DNA of 51,276 nucleotides, counting the filler, from Jimgerdemannia flammicorona (lineage: Eukaryota): NCBI GenBank assembly GCA_003990765.1. It is 2 parts of 2 records of this genome, joined end to end, with 100 filler letters (N's around TTAATTAATTAA, not from the genome) between each part and the next. Parts side by side here need not be neighbours in the genome. Positions count along the whole stretch, not along the records: positions 25,689 to 51,276 come from RBNJ01000817.1; 1 more part is not named here. One strand, given 5' to 3'. The position numbers and the translations under genes are program-made. Below the pieces are notes generated by a model. The model was not told where the DNA came from, ran no database searches, and saw nothing but the letters and a program-made list of their open reading frames with translations. Shown in pieces: positions 26,271 to 38,930 of the stretch (its first letter is position 1; the number at the start of each line of letters is the position of its first letter).

Positions 26271-27738
26271 TTTTGAGAGGAACTCTACAGCCACTGCTAG
26301 GAGATTGTGAGCTTTGCCATTTCTACTCCAGTCTACTTTCTGATATAAAAGATTGGTTCACTTACTAGATAAGCCTGAAGATTTGCCACCAAAGTTCAAA
26401 AAAGAACTTTATCACCATTTGAGTAATCTACCACTTAAGGAATGAGCTACCATTTTCAAGAAGAAGTCTGCTATATTTTTGGTTTGCTTGTCAGATAAGC
26501 CTGAAGAGAAACTGATATTTCCAGAGAGCCTGCATTAAGAAATCTTACCACAAGCCAGTCTCTTGATACAACTTTACAGTAGAGCCAGTCTAACAACATA
26601 ACTCTATATAAATGAAGCCAGTCTTTAATATAACTTACCAAGAATCTATGACATCTGAGTTATTCATCTATTTTCAGTGAGAAGAATCCATACCAGTATA
26701 ATTCTCAGTAAGCTAATTCAAGAGAATCTGTACCAAATTGAGTTGTCTGCTAAATTGTATAAAGAAACTATCAAATTACCAGATCATCATATAAAGAACT
26801 TGCTGTACTATACAGAGATTGTTATACTATACAAGAGATTGTCATATAGAAATCGAATCTGATTATCATACAGAAATCACATACTTTTGAAGATCATCAC
26901 ACTATACTAAAATTGTCTACTACATATATAAAATACCACTATACCTTAAGAACCATCTCAATAAGAAAATCACTCACAGATATCTAGTTTTGACTATTAT
27001 ACCACTAAATACCAAGAATATTTTATTGCTTTTAACAAAGTAACTAGAGGCTCAAGCCAAACTATATTAATCTCCAACTTTGTAATTTGCCTCTATTGAG
27101 TCAGATATATTATATTTGTGGGCTCAACTGGGAAGATTTCAAAATTGATATGACTTTTCAGCTCACAAGAACCCACAGTCAAACTGGATACATTTGATAC
27201 AATATCAATCTCTACCACTATAGGAGAATTAGTTATCACTAGTATTTGGACAGAAAGAGAAGTAATAACTTCAAGACTTACTAACTATATAGCATCAGAA
27301 GAATTCCAATCAGAAGAACCAGAAGCCAGTATAGCCCAAAATCCTCAACTAAAACAACTAGATGACATAGGAGGCCTTGTTAGAAATTTTGAAGAACTTG
27401 CCCAAGAACTAAAAGATCTTATTATACAAGTCTGAAATTCTGCAGCCAGATACCCCACAGCAGTTCCACCAATCTCACTCATTGAACCTTTATCACCAGC
27501 TCTTGCAGAATTAGAAGTAGCTCCTTTAAGAATACCTAGGCTTATTCTACTTTATCTAAGGTCTAGAATACTATTCTCAAAATACCCAAGTACCTTTATC
27601 TCTAGTGATAGTTCAGAAAGTGAATCAGAGTCAGAATCTGAATCAGAATCTAGACCAGAACCAGAATCAGAAGAAAGTGATGATGAAATAGCTACCTTAT
27701 TGCCCACTTTTATAAGATATCTAGAGGAAGACCCTAGA

Positions 27739-29343
27739 TTGGGATCGATTACTGATGTCAAGGAGCTCAAGAAGACAGTGGAGTGGTATGAGGAAAACTC
27801 TGGGGTGAAGCTTAACTGGCATAAGTGTGAAATAATGATACTAGGTAATAGTCTGGTAAGGGGAGAGATTATAGGAACAATCATCCCTACTGGTGAGGCA
27901 GTACAGTACTTGGGCATCTATTTATTAGTCTATGGGTCAGTTCTGCCCAGGCTTTGGTGAGAGCAGAGAATTAGAATCTGGGAGGAGACCATATGGGGTT
28001 GGGGGGGATGACACCTATCTCTGGCAGGGTGTGTCTTGATTTTGAATGTCTATTGGCTGCCAAAGTTGTGGTATCTGACTTATCATCTGGACTTCCCAGC
28101 CTGAGTGGTGAAGAGATTGATGAAGCTGGCAAAGAGATGGATCTGGGCTGGCTGAAGGAGTCAGATCAGTTGGGAGACCTTGTCCTTACCAGTGGCAAGA
28201 GGTGAACTTGGGCTGGTTGACTTTCCAAAACAGCTATACTGCTTGAGAGCATAGTGGCTAAAGAGAGTGGTGGAGTTGAGAGGAGGTAGTTGGGTCCTCC
28301 TGCTGCAGAAGGTTTGGGAGAGGTGGTCATCACTAAGAGGCTCAACTGGCAATCTCCTTTCATTAGTTGGACTTTGGAACACTGAACAATTATGTTATAA
28401 AGGATTCTGGTGGGGGATAGTAGAGGGGGTGCACCACATTGGAATTCATTGGCAAAGAAATGAAGGAGAGATGGCTTAGGACCCAATGATGTGGAGATGG
28501 GATCAGATACTGCTGAGTGGCATTCCTTTAATTGAGTTCAATATTAGTGATAAAATGGAATACCAATGGAGACTGGGCCAGGATCTGTAGCCTAGTGGTT
28601 GGCAAGGAGTTGGAATTAGAGAAGAGTGGAACTAGCATAGTGTTTGGACCTAGAGTGCTGCAGTGAGAAAGTGGATGCCGCCAAAGTACTAGATGGTCTG
28701 GTGGTATATACTAAGGCAGAATATAATGCTTAACTTCCACTCAGGTCACCTTATTGTAGGGGGGTGCTTTAACTGTGAGGAGTACCATAATGTAGAGTAG
28801 GAAGGGGGTTATATACAGATGCCAGAACATTGGCTAGGGGAGTGTGAGATGCTGGGGGACTTTTGGTAGGCCATTGGGGATCATTTGGGGGTAGGGTGTA
28901 GAGGAGATGAAGTGTGGGAGCAGTGGGAGGATTTGAGAGATCAATTGGTAGAAGGGATAGGAAAGGAGTAGCTTACCTTAGGCTGGGCTTTGGCCATTTG
29001 GGTGGGGCTGGCCAGTTACTGGCTATTTGTTTTTGAGGATGGGAGGAGACAGGGCTTGGGAGACTGGTTATTGCAGTGACATAGTCTTATGGAAGATACC
29101 CTGACAGGCTGGTGGCTTGGTTGGGAACTACAGAGTGGTTGGAGGTACTGCTTGGTAGAGAAAATCTGTAGACAGAGTGGGGGGAGAGTTGGAGTAGTGA
29201 GTGAGAGGGTGGTCTTTATTTATGAGGAGGGGAGGGGCTCCCCTATGGGGATTGGTTAGTGGGTGGTGATACTGTATACTTATTCATAGACTGGTAATAA
29301 AGATAGAGTCTAAGTGACTATAAAAAAAAAAAAAAAAAAAAAA
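27739..29343 (+). mobile_element. 5'-truncated LINE nested in the gypsy gag gene
   Basis: 16-bp TSD AGAGGAAGAC(C/T)CTAGA at 27723-27738 and 29344-29359; poly(A) 29322-29343; ORF2 C-terminal remnants (VKLNWHKCEIM, YLGI, LPKLWY). Removing it restores gag EEDPREFLD. Confidence 0.95.
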
Positions 29344-32300
29344 AGAGGAAGACTCTAGAGAATTCCTTGATAGAATTAAAGGAATTGCAGCCCTGAGAAA
29401 TCTCTCCAATAAAAGAAAAATTTTCATCTACAAGATCTAGCTCAAAGAATCAGTTAGAGGAATTTTCTACTAAATAACAAATGACTCTCACTTAGAACTG
29501 GTAATGTAAATACAAGCAACAGCATCTTATGAGCTAGAATACATAGCCATGGTCCACTGGCTCATCAAAAAATATACAGAAAATGAAACCTGCCATAAGG
29601 CTCAAGAATTCATCATGGAGATGAAGATGAATCTTAGAGAATCATCCAGAGCCTTCTTTACTAGAATTTAGAAAAGAATACATATAGTCAGGTTCAATGC
29701 TACCAACTAAGATATCATAGGTCTGATGACCTTTATGAATAGAATTCCCCTAAACATTACCCAGTATGTCTGCACCCTAGGTATCAGAAGGTCTGAAGAG
29801 CAAGTTGATACAGTCTAAGAATTCTTTAATATTAGACAAAAAACTACCTAGAGTGACTATGATAAGAAGGATGATAAAGAAGACATTCTGGTCAAAGCCC
29901 TATAAGGACTCCTTCAAGGACAAGAAAGATCTGAAGAAAGAAGGCCAGCTAAGGAAGGAAAGAAAGATAGGAGTGAAATTCAAGACCTTAGTTCTAAGTT
30001 GGACAGATTGGTTGGATAAATTGAAAAACTCACTATATGCAAAAATCAGAGTTATCAAGATAATAGAGGATATCCAATACAAAGGAACTAAGGTTATCTA
30101 TCCAGAGATAACAGGAGCTATCAGCAAGAAGAAAGAAGATACTCTGTCTGAGATAGAGCCTAAGTCTAATACTTCTACTGTAGACAATTCAGATACTATG
30201 CCACTGAATGTGATAATAAAATAAGTGACCAAAGAGATTCAGAACCACTAAATTGAAGGAATGAAATCCAGTACAAGAAGACTAAAGTCTATCCTATTGA
30301 GGATTTTGAAGAAGAAAGCAACAGTGAAGACTACAGTGACCTAGACTTGTACCCAGTCAAAGTCAGCATCTGAAAGACAGTTTATCTAGTAGAGAAAAGG
30401 AAGAGACCTGTTGGAAGACCATCCAGGAATATCAGCAGAAGAATCATCCAAGAAAAAGATGAAGAACATGAAGAGGAGCAAGTAGAAATACATCTCCAAA
30501 CTCTCTCATCTTTTGTCTCTGAGACAAATGAGTTGCCACTAGAGGATGAATAAATGGAGCAAGAAGAATAGGAGCCTGCTACCCCAAAGCCTAAAAAGAA
30601 GTATACCCTGAAGACCATGCCCAGAGATATCTATAATGAAGCCTGGCAGAAGATTCAAGAAGCTAAGATAGAAGTCTCTCTCCTACAGTTCCTGCAATTA
30701 ATACTAGCTAGAGTCTGAAACAAATTGCTGAGGACCACCAGGTCTAGCACTAGTCAAGTTCCAATCCTATAGCAAGAGTCAGCCCCCACACCTATCCAAG
30801 CAATAGAGAGATATATCAGCACCTACTTACATAAAGACATTAGAGGACAAAAGATGAAGATTCTCATAGATACAGAAGCAGCTATCTGTATTATTGCCAA
30901 AAAAATTCCTAGATACCCTCCAATGGCCCATTGATAGACTATTCAATCTTAGCATCACAGTAGCAGATGGAGCCCGAACTCAATCTCTTAGAGAAGTATG
31001 AAATATTACCATCTCTCTTAGACACATTCAGTTCTCTATCAAAAGCTATTATTACTGAAGCTATCACCTATGACATAATTCTTAGCACTAACTGGATGAA
31101 GGAAATGAATGCAGTTGTTGATATTGGTCAATAAGTACTCAAGTTTAACTATTGAGACAAGAAGTATAGAGTTAAGGTGACTAGCTATAAGCAATTTAAA
31201 AAGAAGAAAAAGGTCACTATTCAGAAAGAATATATTAGTAGTGAAGAATCTATCACAGAAGAGGAGGAAGAATCTAAAGATAGAAATGATCCCAGACTCA
31301 AACCCTAGATCAACCTAGTGGATGACAGGCCAGAAGACAATATATGGGCCAAGAATACCATCTCTATTACCATTAGAGCCATTATAGGAGAAATCAAAAG
31401 ATACTCTATCTGCCTCAAGAGACATAAGTGCTCTGAGCACTCCTCCAAGATCATTGGGATAAGAAATTCGTCTGGTATAGCCTACCCTGAGTGCAGAAGA
31501 AAGAAGAAGAAATACAGATATATTCCAGAAATATCTGCAGTCAAAGCTGCAGAAGTACAAGTAATTTGGAGTCAAGAATCATCTGAGGAAGAAGAAACCC
31601 CTAAACAGGAGATTCCTGAACAAGAAGCCCTGAAGAAGAAGAGGTCTCTGAACTCATTCCCTGGGATGACTCTTGCTAGACACTACCTGAAGATAACAAC
31701 TCTTGGAATATAGATGAAGGATTCAGCACAATCTCCATTATTTCTAAGAAAGAAACTCACCAAGAAAGAGCTTTTTGGCTAGGAAGATGTCCACACCAAA
31801 TGATCTTCCACTCTCTCTAAGACTACTACTATTAGTGCCATCTACTAGACTAGTAAGAGAGACAGAGACCCCAAAGACCAGAACCCCTGGCTATAGTTGC
31901 ATAGTCAACTACCTTCTAAGAAGTTATCACTAAGTTGCAAAGTTGATTTAGGGGACAAGACCTCTTCACTTAAACAGAAGTACACTCCTTGTCCACTCTT
32001 CCCACAACTTATGACTAAGATGGGTACTAATTCCCAAAATAATAAGAAATCAACAACTGGGAACATCACTTCTGAGCAATGAGATATTGCAATTATGGAA
32101 GACACCCAGACTGCCAAGACTGCAGACATCAGAAGATTCATCTTAGTTATAATATTGTGATCTATATCTTGAAGAGAGGAGATAATAGAGGCCAGATCTG
32201 AAAAAGCCAGACCAAGAAGCTAGGAAGAAGGACCCTTAAGATCTATGATTAGGAGAAGACATCCTAGCTTTCATCAGACATACAATCTGCCAAGAATAGG

Positions 32301-32494
32301 TAAAAGATGCCACCAACTTCATAGAAGCCCTAGACTCTATAGGAAGAAGAGAAATAAACTATCTCTGAGACCCCTCTACTGGAGCCAGATGGCTACACCT
32401 CAACCTCAGAGCCTGGAGGTTCTCTGCTAGTAGAGTCTCAGCCCAAGGATAGCCCAAACTCAGTAAAGATATTGCCCAGTATGCCCTGCTATAT

Positions 32495-32886
32495 CCTAAG
32501 GCCAAACCCCTGACCAAAGCCTACCCAGAATATATATATAGGATATGATCTTCATAGTCTAGAGGATGAATCCATCAAGCTTGGAAAAATATTCATAATC
32601 AGAAACTGGACTAGCCATGCAGCCATCTCAAGAAACTTACATCCAACTGACCTCAAGGTCTGGACTTGCCAGACAAGGAATAACTATAGAAGAAGGAACT
32701 ATTGACTCAGGATATACAGGCAAAATCAAGGTCATCCTACACAACAGTAGTATAGAATAGTACTAAATTATTAGAGGACAGAAGATTGCTCAAGCAGTCT
32801 TCATAAAGGTCAAGATCCCACAATTATAAGAAGTTCCCAAACTGACTGAAGGAATAAGACAAGCCAAAGAATTTGGAAGTTCAGAC
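32495..32886 (+). pseudogene. Trimeric dUTPase domain within the gypsy pol (stops, frameshifts)
   Basis: All five motifs are readable: GYDL (32541), SRSGLA (32653), GTIDSGYTGKIKV (~32695), GQKIAQ (~32776), R..KEFGSS (~32857-32883). Confidence 0.92.
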
Positions 32887-35800
32887 AAGAAGAAAGTATA
32901 TCTCCTTCAAGTCAACCACCTCAAGAGGAATATTCTCTAGCAAATATACTGCCAGCCAGTCAAACTGCACAAGAATCTTATTCTGGAGCCTGGAGAGCAA
33001 ACCACCTTCAAAATCTTTGCACTACCTGACCCCAGAAATCTCTTTTTTGAACCTAATGAAGATATCCCATACCTGGATATAGAAGGACATATATTTTCTA
33101 ATAAGATGAATCTAGTATACTCCCAAGTAACCAACCAAAGTTGAGAGACTATCATTCTGTCAAAAGGAACCATCATAGGACATCTGGTGCCTTTTCTCAA
33201 TCAAACTTATAGAGAAGTTTATGAACTGAACTTATTGGGAAATAGCAAAAGGTTCTAGAAGAAAGAAAAGGCTCCTCTGCGACCCAAGAGACAGTGAAGC
33301 CTTCCACCAATATTGGAGAAGAATTGACACCTCAGCAATAGCAACAATTAGTAGAACTTCTCAACAAATATCAAGATATCTTCACTACTGATTATAGCAA
33401 CCTGCTATATAATCCATCATATCACCATAGCATAAATACAGAAAATGCAACACCCATCTGACAGAAACTCTATAGAATACCCCATAATCTAAAGATATTT
33501 GAAAAGGAGCACATTCAAGAACTCTTGAACAATAGAGTCATCTGATCCTCAACTAGCCCTTGGGCCAGCCCAATACTTATTGTATCAAAGAAAGGAGGAT
33601 GGAGACTCTGTGTAGATTACAGGAAACTCAATTCAGTTACTGAAAAAGATACCTATCCTTTATCTAGAATCAATGACCTCTTGGACTAGTTACAAGATGT
33701 CAGATACTTCAGTAATATAGACCTTTTCACAGGATTCTACAAGATTCCCATGGACCCAAAAGACATTCAGAAGACAGCCTTCCTTACCCTAGGAAAACTG
33801 TTTGAGTATCTTTGAATGTCTTTTGGACTTTGCAATGAACCCCCCATATTCTAGAGGATGATGAATTCAGTCTATACCCCTCTGATCCACTACTACCTAA
33901 TTGTATATATAGATGATTCCAACATCTATTCAGCAAATTTCAAGGAATACCTATACCATCTAGAAGAATTTTTCAAGCTCACCTATAAGAACCATCTGAG
34001 ACTCAATATCAAGAAATGCTATTTTGGAAAACAGAAACTTAAATTTCTTAGATTTATAGTTTTAAAAGAAGAAACCCATTCAGATCCAAAGAAAATAGAG
34101 AAGATCAACAATTGGCCAGTACCCAAGACCACAAAGGAAACACTATCATTTCTGATACTAGTATCCTAATACAGAAGGTTTATCAAGGACTTTGTCCAAA
34201 TTACTGCCCTAATTCGAATTCTTCTCAAGAAAGAAGTAGCTTATAAATAGACAGAATCATAAAAACTAGCCTTCAAGGAACTCAAGCACTATATGACCAT
34301 AGCATCAATCCTTGTCTGCTATAATCTACAGAAGCCATTTATCTTATATACAGATACTTTCAAAGATGGTCTAGAAGCAGTTCTAGTCCAAGATAGATCT
34401 GACCAACAGCACTATGATAGCTTATGCAAGCTGAGCTACCAATTAGCAGCAGATGAACTATGGCAGCACCAAATTGGAATATCTTATAGTCATATGGGTA
34501 GTCATCCTATTTAAGTATTACTTTATCAAGAAAAGATTCACTCTGATTACAGACCATGCAGCCCTCAAATAGCTATTCAATCATAAGGAATCTACTGGAA
34601 TTCTAGCTTGCTAGATCCTTATCCTTCAGGATTACAAAATTACCATTATTCACAAAGCAGGGAAAGCTCACAACAATATTGATATACTTTCCTACCAGTT
34701 CCAATGAACCAGAAGAAGAGTGTCCCAAGGAACTACACTTTAAAGGAAGCTCCTCAGACCATTAAGACATAAGAAGATCTTATCTGAAAAGAATATTGGA
34801 AAGCCCATCAAGGACAGACAAACATAGAAGAAAAGCTATGAATGATATATCAATATTGGCCCAACCTTAGAATTCAAGTCTCAGATATACTCAAGAAATG
34901 TGATACTTGCCAGAAGTATCAAGGAAGGAAGAACTATCAAGCACCACTGCAACCAATTATATCACCAGACAATATCTTTCAAAGATAGGAAGTAGATGTA
35001 ATTGGACCTCTACCAGTTATACCAAGAAGAAACAAGTATATTCTTGTATTTGTGGAATATCTGATCAAGTGGCCCAAGGCTTTCCCAATAGAAATCACAA
35101 ATGTCTTAACTATTGTAAGCCTTCTCCATAGACTTGCCCTCAGATATAGATCCTCAGAAGAACTCATCTCTAACTGAAGCACAGAGTTTATCAATAACAT
35201 AATCACAAGTTATACTCAAATTTACAAAATCTACCTCAAATAGACCACATTATACTACCTCCAGACCAATGGTATAACAGAAAGAATGAACCAGACTATA
35301 AAGAAAGAACTTACCCAAGTCAATCCTACCAACTGGGACCTCTGCTTATCTGAGATCCTATGGGAAATTTGGAATACCCCTGCTATCTCCATCAAACAAA
35401 AGCCATTCAAAATGATGTTTACCAAGAAAACCAGAACTGCTGACTATAAGAATCTTAAAGACCTCCTCAAGAAGACAGAACAGTTATATAATCAGACCCA
35501 AGTTTAGATTACCAAAGCCTAAGAAAGAGAAAAGAAGTACTATAATCAGAAGTAGAAGGATTAGAAGATCAAGATTAGAGATCAAGTACTAGTTTGGAGA
35601 AGCATAATTAAAATGAATTTTGCTGCCAAACTGAAGCCCAAGTGGGAAGAACCTTATCTTGTATACAATATCAGAGGAATCAGCATCTATTTAAGAAGCA
35701 TGGATAGACAAACCCTAAGGATACCAGTATACATCAATTATCTCAAGATATATCTCTCTCTATATCATAAATCAGAGAGTTGACAACTGCCTTCAGACTC

Positions 35801-36318
35801 TTATCCTTAGCTCATTTCAATCACTATCAGTTCTCTATCCCAATTCCAAGAAGTCAATAGGAATATCCTCTAGAAAATTTGGATTCATCAAGAGAATCTT
35901 ATTCTGGTCAGATAATTACTACAGGTCCATCAACTTCAGACCCATTATATAATTGGAGAACAATTGCAGAACCTTCTAGCCCCAGAACAAACATATATCA
36001 GAAATACTATAGAACTATCAAGAAGAGACATCACTGCAACAGACAGGCTCTATACCCTTTATAAATGAAACCCTGCAGCCCTGATATAGGCACAATTCTC
36101 CTGGTGTAATATATGAGGAATGAACCTAGTCACCTACCTGAGCATCATCAATGCTGTTAAAATCCTATTCCCAGAAGAAGAAGAACTCCTGGAATAGAGT
36201 AACCATGGTACAGATGATGAAGATGATGGAACAGTTATTAATGCAGAAGATGCTTATCTACACTAAGATGATAACTAAAGGACAGTCTGAGGACAGACCA
36301 TCCTTTAGTGGGGGCTGA

Positions 36319-36525
36319 TGTAATAAACCAAAACATATCACCTGAATTATAACTTAGTCAGATAATGTGAACATATAGCATAGTAACCAGACACAGTAAC
36401 TATTGCTACAGAAAACTGTATAAATAGTCAGACTACCAGATAAGATATATCTGTGCCAAATCTGTACACCTATACTAAACCAGTATACCTACCATAGATA
36501 GCAATCTATAATTAGCAACATAGTA
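36319..36525 (+). repeat. 3' LTR, truncated at 36525
   Basis: Follows the PPT, begins TG, aligns with 25965-26172 with 25 transitions and one 1-bp indel, then switches to an unrelated repeat. Confidence 0.9.
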
Positions 36526-36840
36526 GGTCCCACTCCTAACTTTATTATGAAATTTCCTAATTGAGTATTGTCTGTAGCAATACACCAATTCAACTAAGCT
36601 GGTCTTTGTTTCTTAAACTTTCTGAAATATGAAAAATGCTGAATATTCAGAACTAGTCTGAAAAAGGACTTTGGTTGAGATGTCAATCTGATCTTAAAAT
36701 CAATAAGCATAGAGGATATACTTTATATGAAATTGATCTTGACCTTAAGAAAATAGTCTTTCAGAATATCCAAAACTTCCAGAAAACCCTTCCAGAACTA
36801 TATAATAGTTATTCTAACAAGTAACTCTCTTATAGAGATC
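36526..36840 (+). repeat. Dispersed repeat replacing the end of the 3' LTR
   Basis: Reverse-complement match to 15081-15445 with an internal indel. Confidence 0.8.
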
Positions 36841-37039
36841 ATGATCTGATCTTAGAAAAACTCTGGCTCACAAAATACAATCTAAATATTAATTGATATA
36901 AGAATAAAGTTACTCTACTTTAAAAAGAAGTCAACATTACTATTAAGATAGACAAGCCTATGAACAAGATCTCAGTTACAATACTATCAGTAATATAATA
37001 TAAGAGAGTACTCAAGAAGGTAGTATATACTTTATTATA

Positions 37040-38128
37040 ATAGTTAGCTAGTTGATTTTTAGCAGTAGTTGAGAGCTCTTCAGAGCTGGTGGGGGTGCCA
37101 TCTTATAGAACTGAATAAGAAGTCTGCTCTGAGTGAGAAAGATTGACAGACTGTAATATAAGAGATTCTGGTGGAGTATTATAAAGGCCTGGCTGGCTAT
37201 AGAGTTGGTAGGGTCAGAAGTTAGAGAAGATGTGAGCTCTGGGCAGTAGTAGTGGAGGCTAGAGCTACTCTAGATTGGTAGCAGAAGTATTTCTTAGCTG
37301 AGGCTATGGAATGGACTAAGATAGGACCTCTTGAGAGGTGGTCAGTAGATTGGTAGGTAGCTGGAGTTGGTGAGATATAGAAGTAGAGATAGATCTGATA
37401 TTGAGTAGCTACTTTATACTAAGTAGTACCCTCTTGATGCTGGGTTATATAGTAGTAGTTTTTGAGAAAGAATGTGATACTGAGTTATCAGACAGGCTGG
37501 ATGGCAGTAGATGGTTATTGAGATTATAAGTAGTATACTGAGCTCTATGGAAAGATAGTTCAGATACTAGAGTAAGTCTTAGTGATCTGCTCTAGAGTAG
37601 AAGATTATTAGCAGAGCTTAGAGAAATATTGGGACTCCAGGTGTAGGAGACTTGGAGATTCTATCAGTATAGTAGTCTGAAGATAGTTGGTGGGAGAGAT
37701 TGGTGATATCTGAGATAGTATTAGTCAGATTTTGAAGATATGGGTCTTGATGGTATCATACTGGTAGTGGGTCTTTGAGGGTGATCAATGAATAGAAATA
37801 AGAGAGTTGGTAGAGAGATAGTGGTGACTTCTTCAAGAAGTAGTATAAGGATAGTAGTATTAGAAGAAGTAGTAAGAGATTGAGACTATAAAAAAGATAC
37901 AAGACATTATTATGAAAAGTTGGTATTATTTAGTATTGAGTAATAGAGAGGTATAGTAGAAAGTCAGTATTGAGTAATTGTTTTTTTAAGATAGTTAGTT
38001 AACCTCTTCTTGGATAGAGTTTGTGTTAGTGGTTTCTAGATCTATAGATTTGTATATTGTTTATAGATTTTATTTTAGAATAATAAAAAAGTCCAAGTGA
38101 CTATAAAAAATAAATAAATAAATAAATA
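37040..38128 (+). mobile_element. Heavily mutated 3' fragment of the LINE family
   Basis: Colinear with 50110-51260 (e.g. GAGGCTATGGAATGGACTAAGATAGGACCTCTTGAG vs GAAGCTATGGAATGGGCCAGATCAGGCCCTCTTGAG); ends AGTCCAAGTGACTAT plus an A/TAAA tail. Confidence 0.85.
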
Positions 38129-38930
38129 TTTCAGATATTACAGAATACTTTTCAACCTGTGAAAATTCCTTAAATATAGAATTTTATAGTTGTAATTTTT
38201 GAGTTAGATGCAGTTCTAGTTTTTTGTATATATTATATATTGCTTTTTTTTATTTCTAGTTTGTATTCCTTTTTTGAGGATATAGTTAATTTATTTTTTT
38301 TGGTTTCAATATATATCTTATTGAGTAGATGACAACTCAATATGTCAGTATATGACTTACATCATTTCATCAGTTTTATGTCATTCATCAAGTAATTGTA
38401 TAAAATACATGACCTATGCAACTTCAATAAAATCACCTCTTACCCCTCTTTCATACAGAACTTAGCTACTAATTAGAGAAATCTGCTAATTTACTACATT
38501 ATACAGAACCTGCACTATTTAGGAAATTACCAAAATCATCTGTGTTATATAAACAAGAGAACTTACACTTTTAGAAACTGAACATTTTGTTACTTTTTGA
38601 CAAGGTAACTGGGGGCTCAAGCCAACTTGCATAGCTGCCCCACCTTGTAATTTGTGGGCACGTTACAGTATAATGTATCACAGATTACAAAATGTTGTAC
38701 AAGTATTTATTCATATGTATTTTAAAAACTTTACTTCTTTCAAAGGTATTCTATTATTGATGAATTTCGTCTAAAGGAGGCAAGCTGACCTCAGTTGATC
38801 TCCCATAAATATGTATCAGTTGCCGCAGTAAATGTCGATCTTCCCCTAAATTTAACAGTGCCGCCGCAGTACATGTTGATCGCCAATAAATAAATATCGA
38901 CATGTGTTCAATTACCGCCCAAAATCCATC

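Larger units (their letters stand above)
25965..36525 (+). mobile_element. Degenerate Ty3/gypsy (Metaviridae) LTR retrotransposon with dUTPase
   Basis: Order 5'LTR; gag (PTF...EDPREFLD, mutated zinc knuckle 30170-30211); protease (ILIDTEAA ~30860, YDIILSTNW); dUTPase; RT ([20 protein letters not shown] 33906-33917); RNase H (FILYTD); integrase (CDTC, DVIGPLP, QTNGITERMNQTIK, KLKPKWEEPY); PPT TAGTGGGGGCTGA 36306-36318; 3'LTR. Confidence 0.95.

Noticed and set aside
26271..26300. Primer binding site of the gypsy element
   Set aside because: No TGG-type tRNA complement and no convincing self-priming match to the LTR; too mutated to call.
38600..38648. Inverted repeat ACAAGGT..GGGGC / GCCCC-ACCTTGT
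   Set aside because: Short, imperfect and single; cannot be tied to an element end or an RNA.
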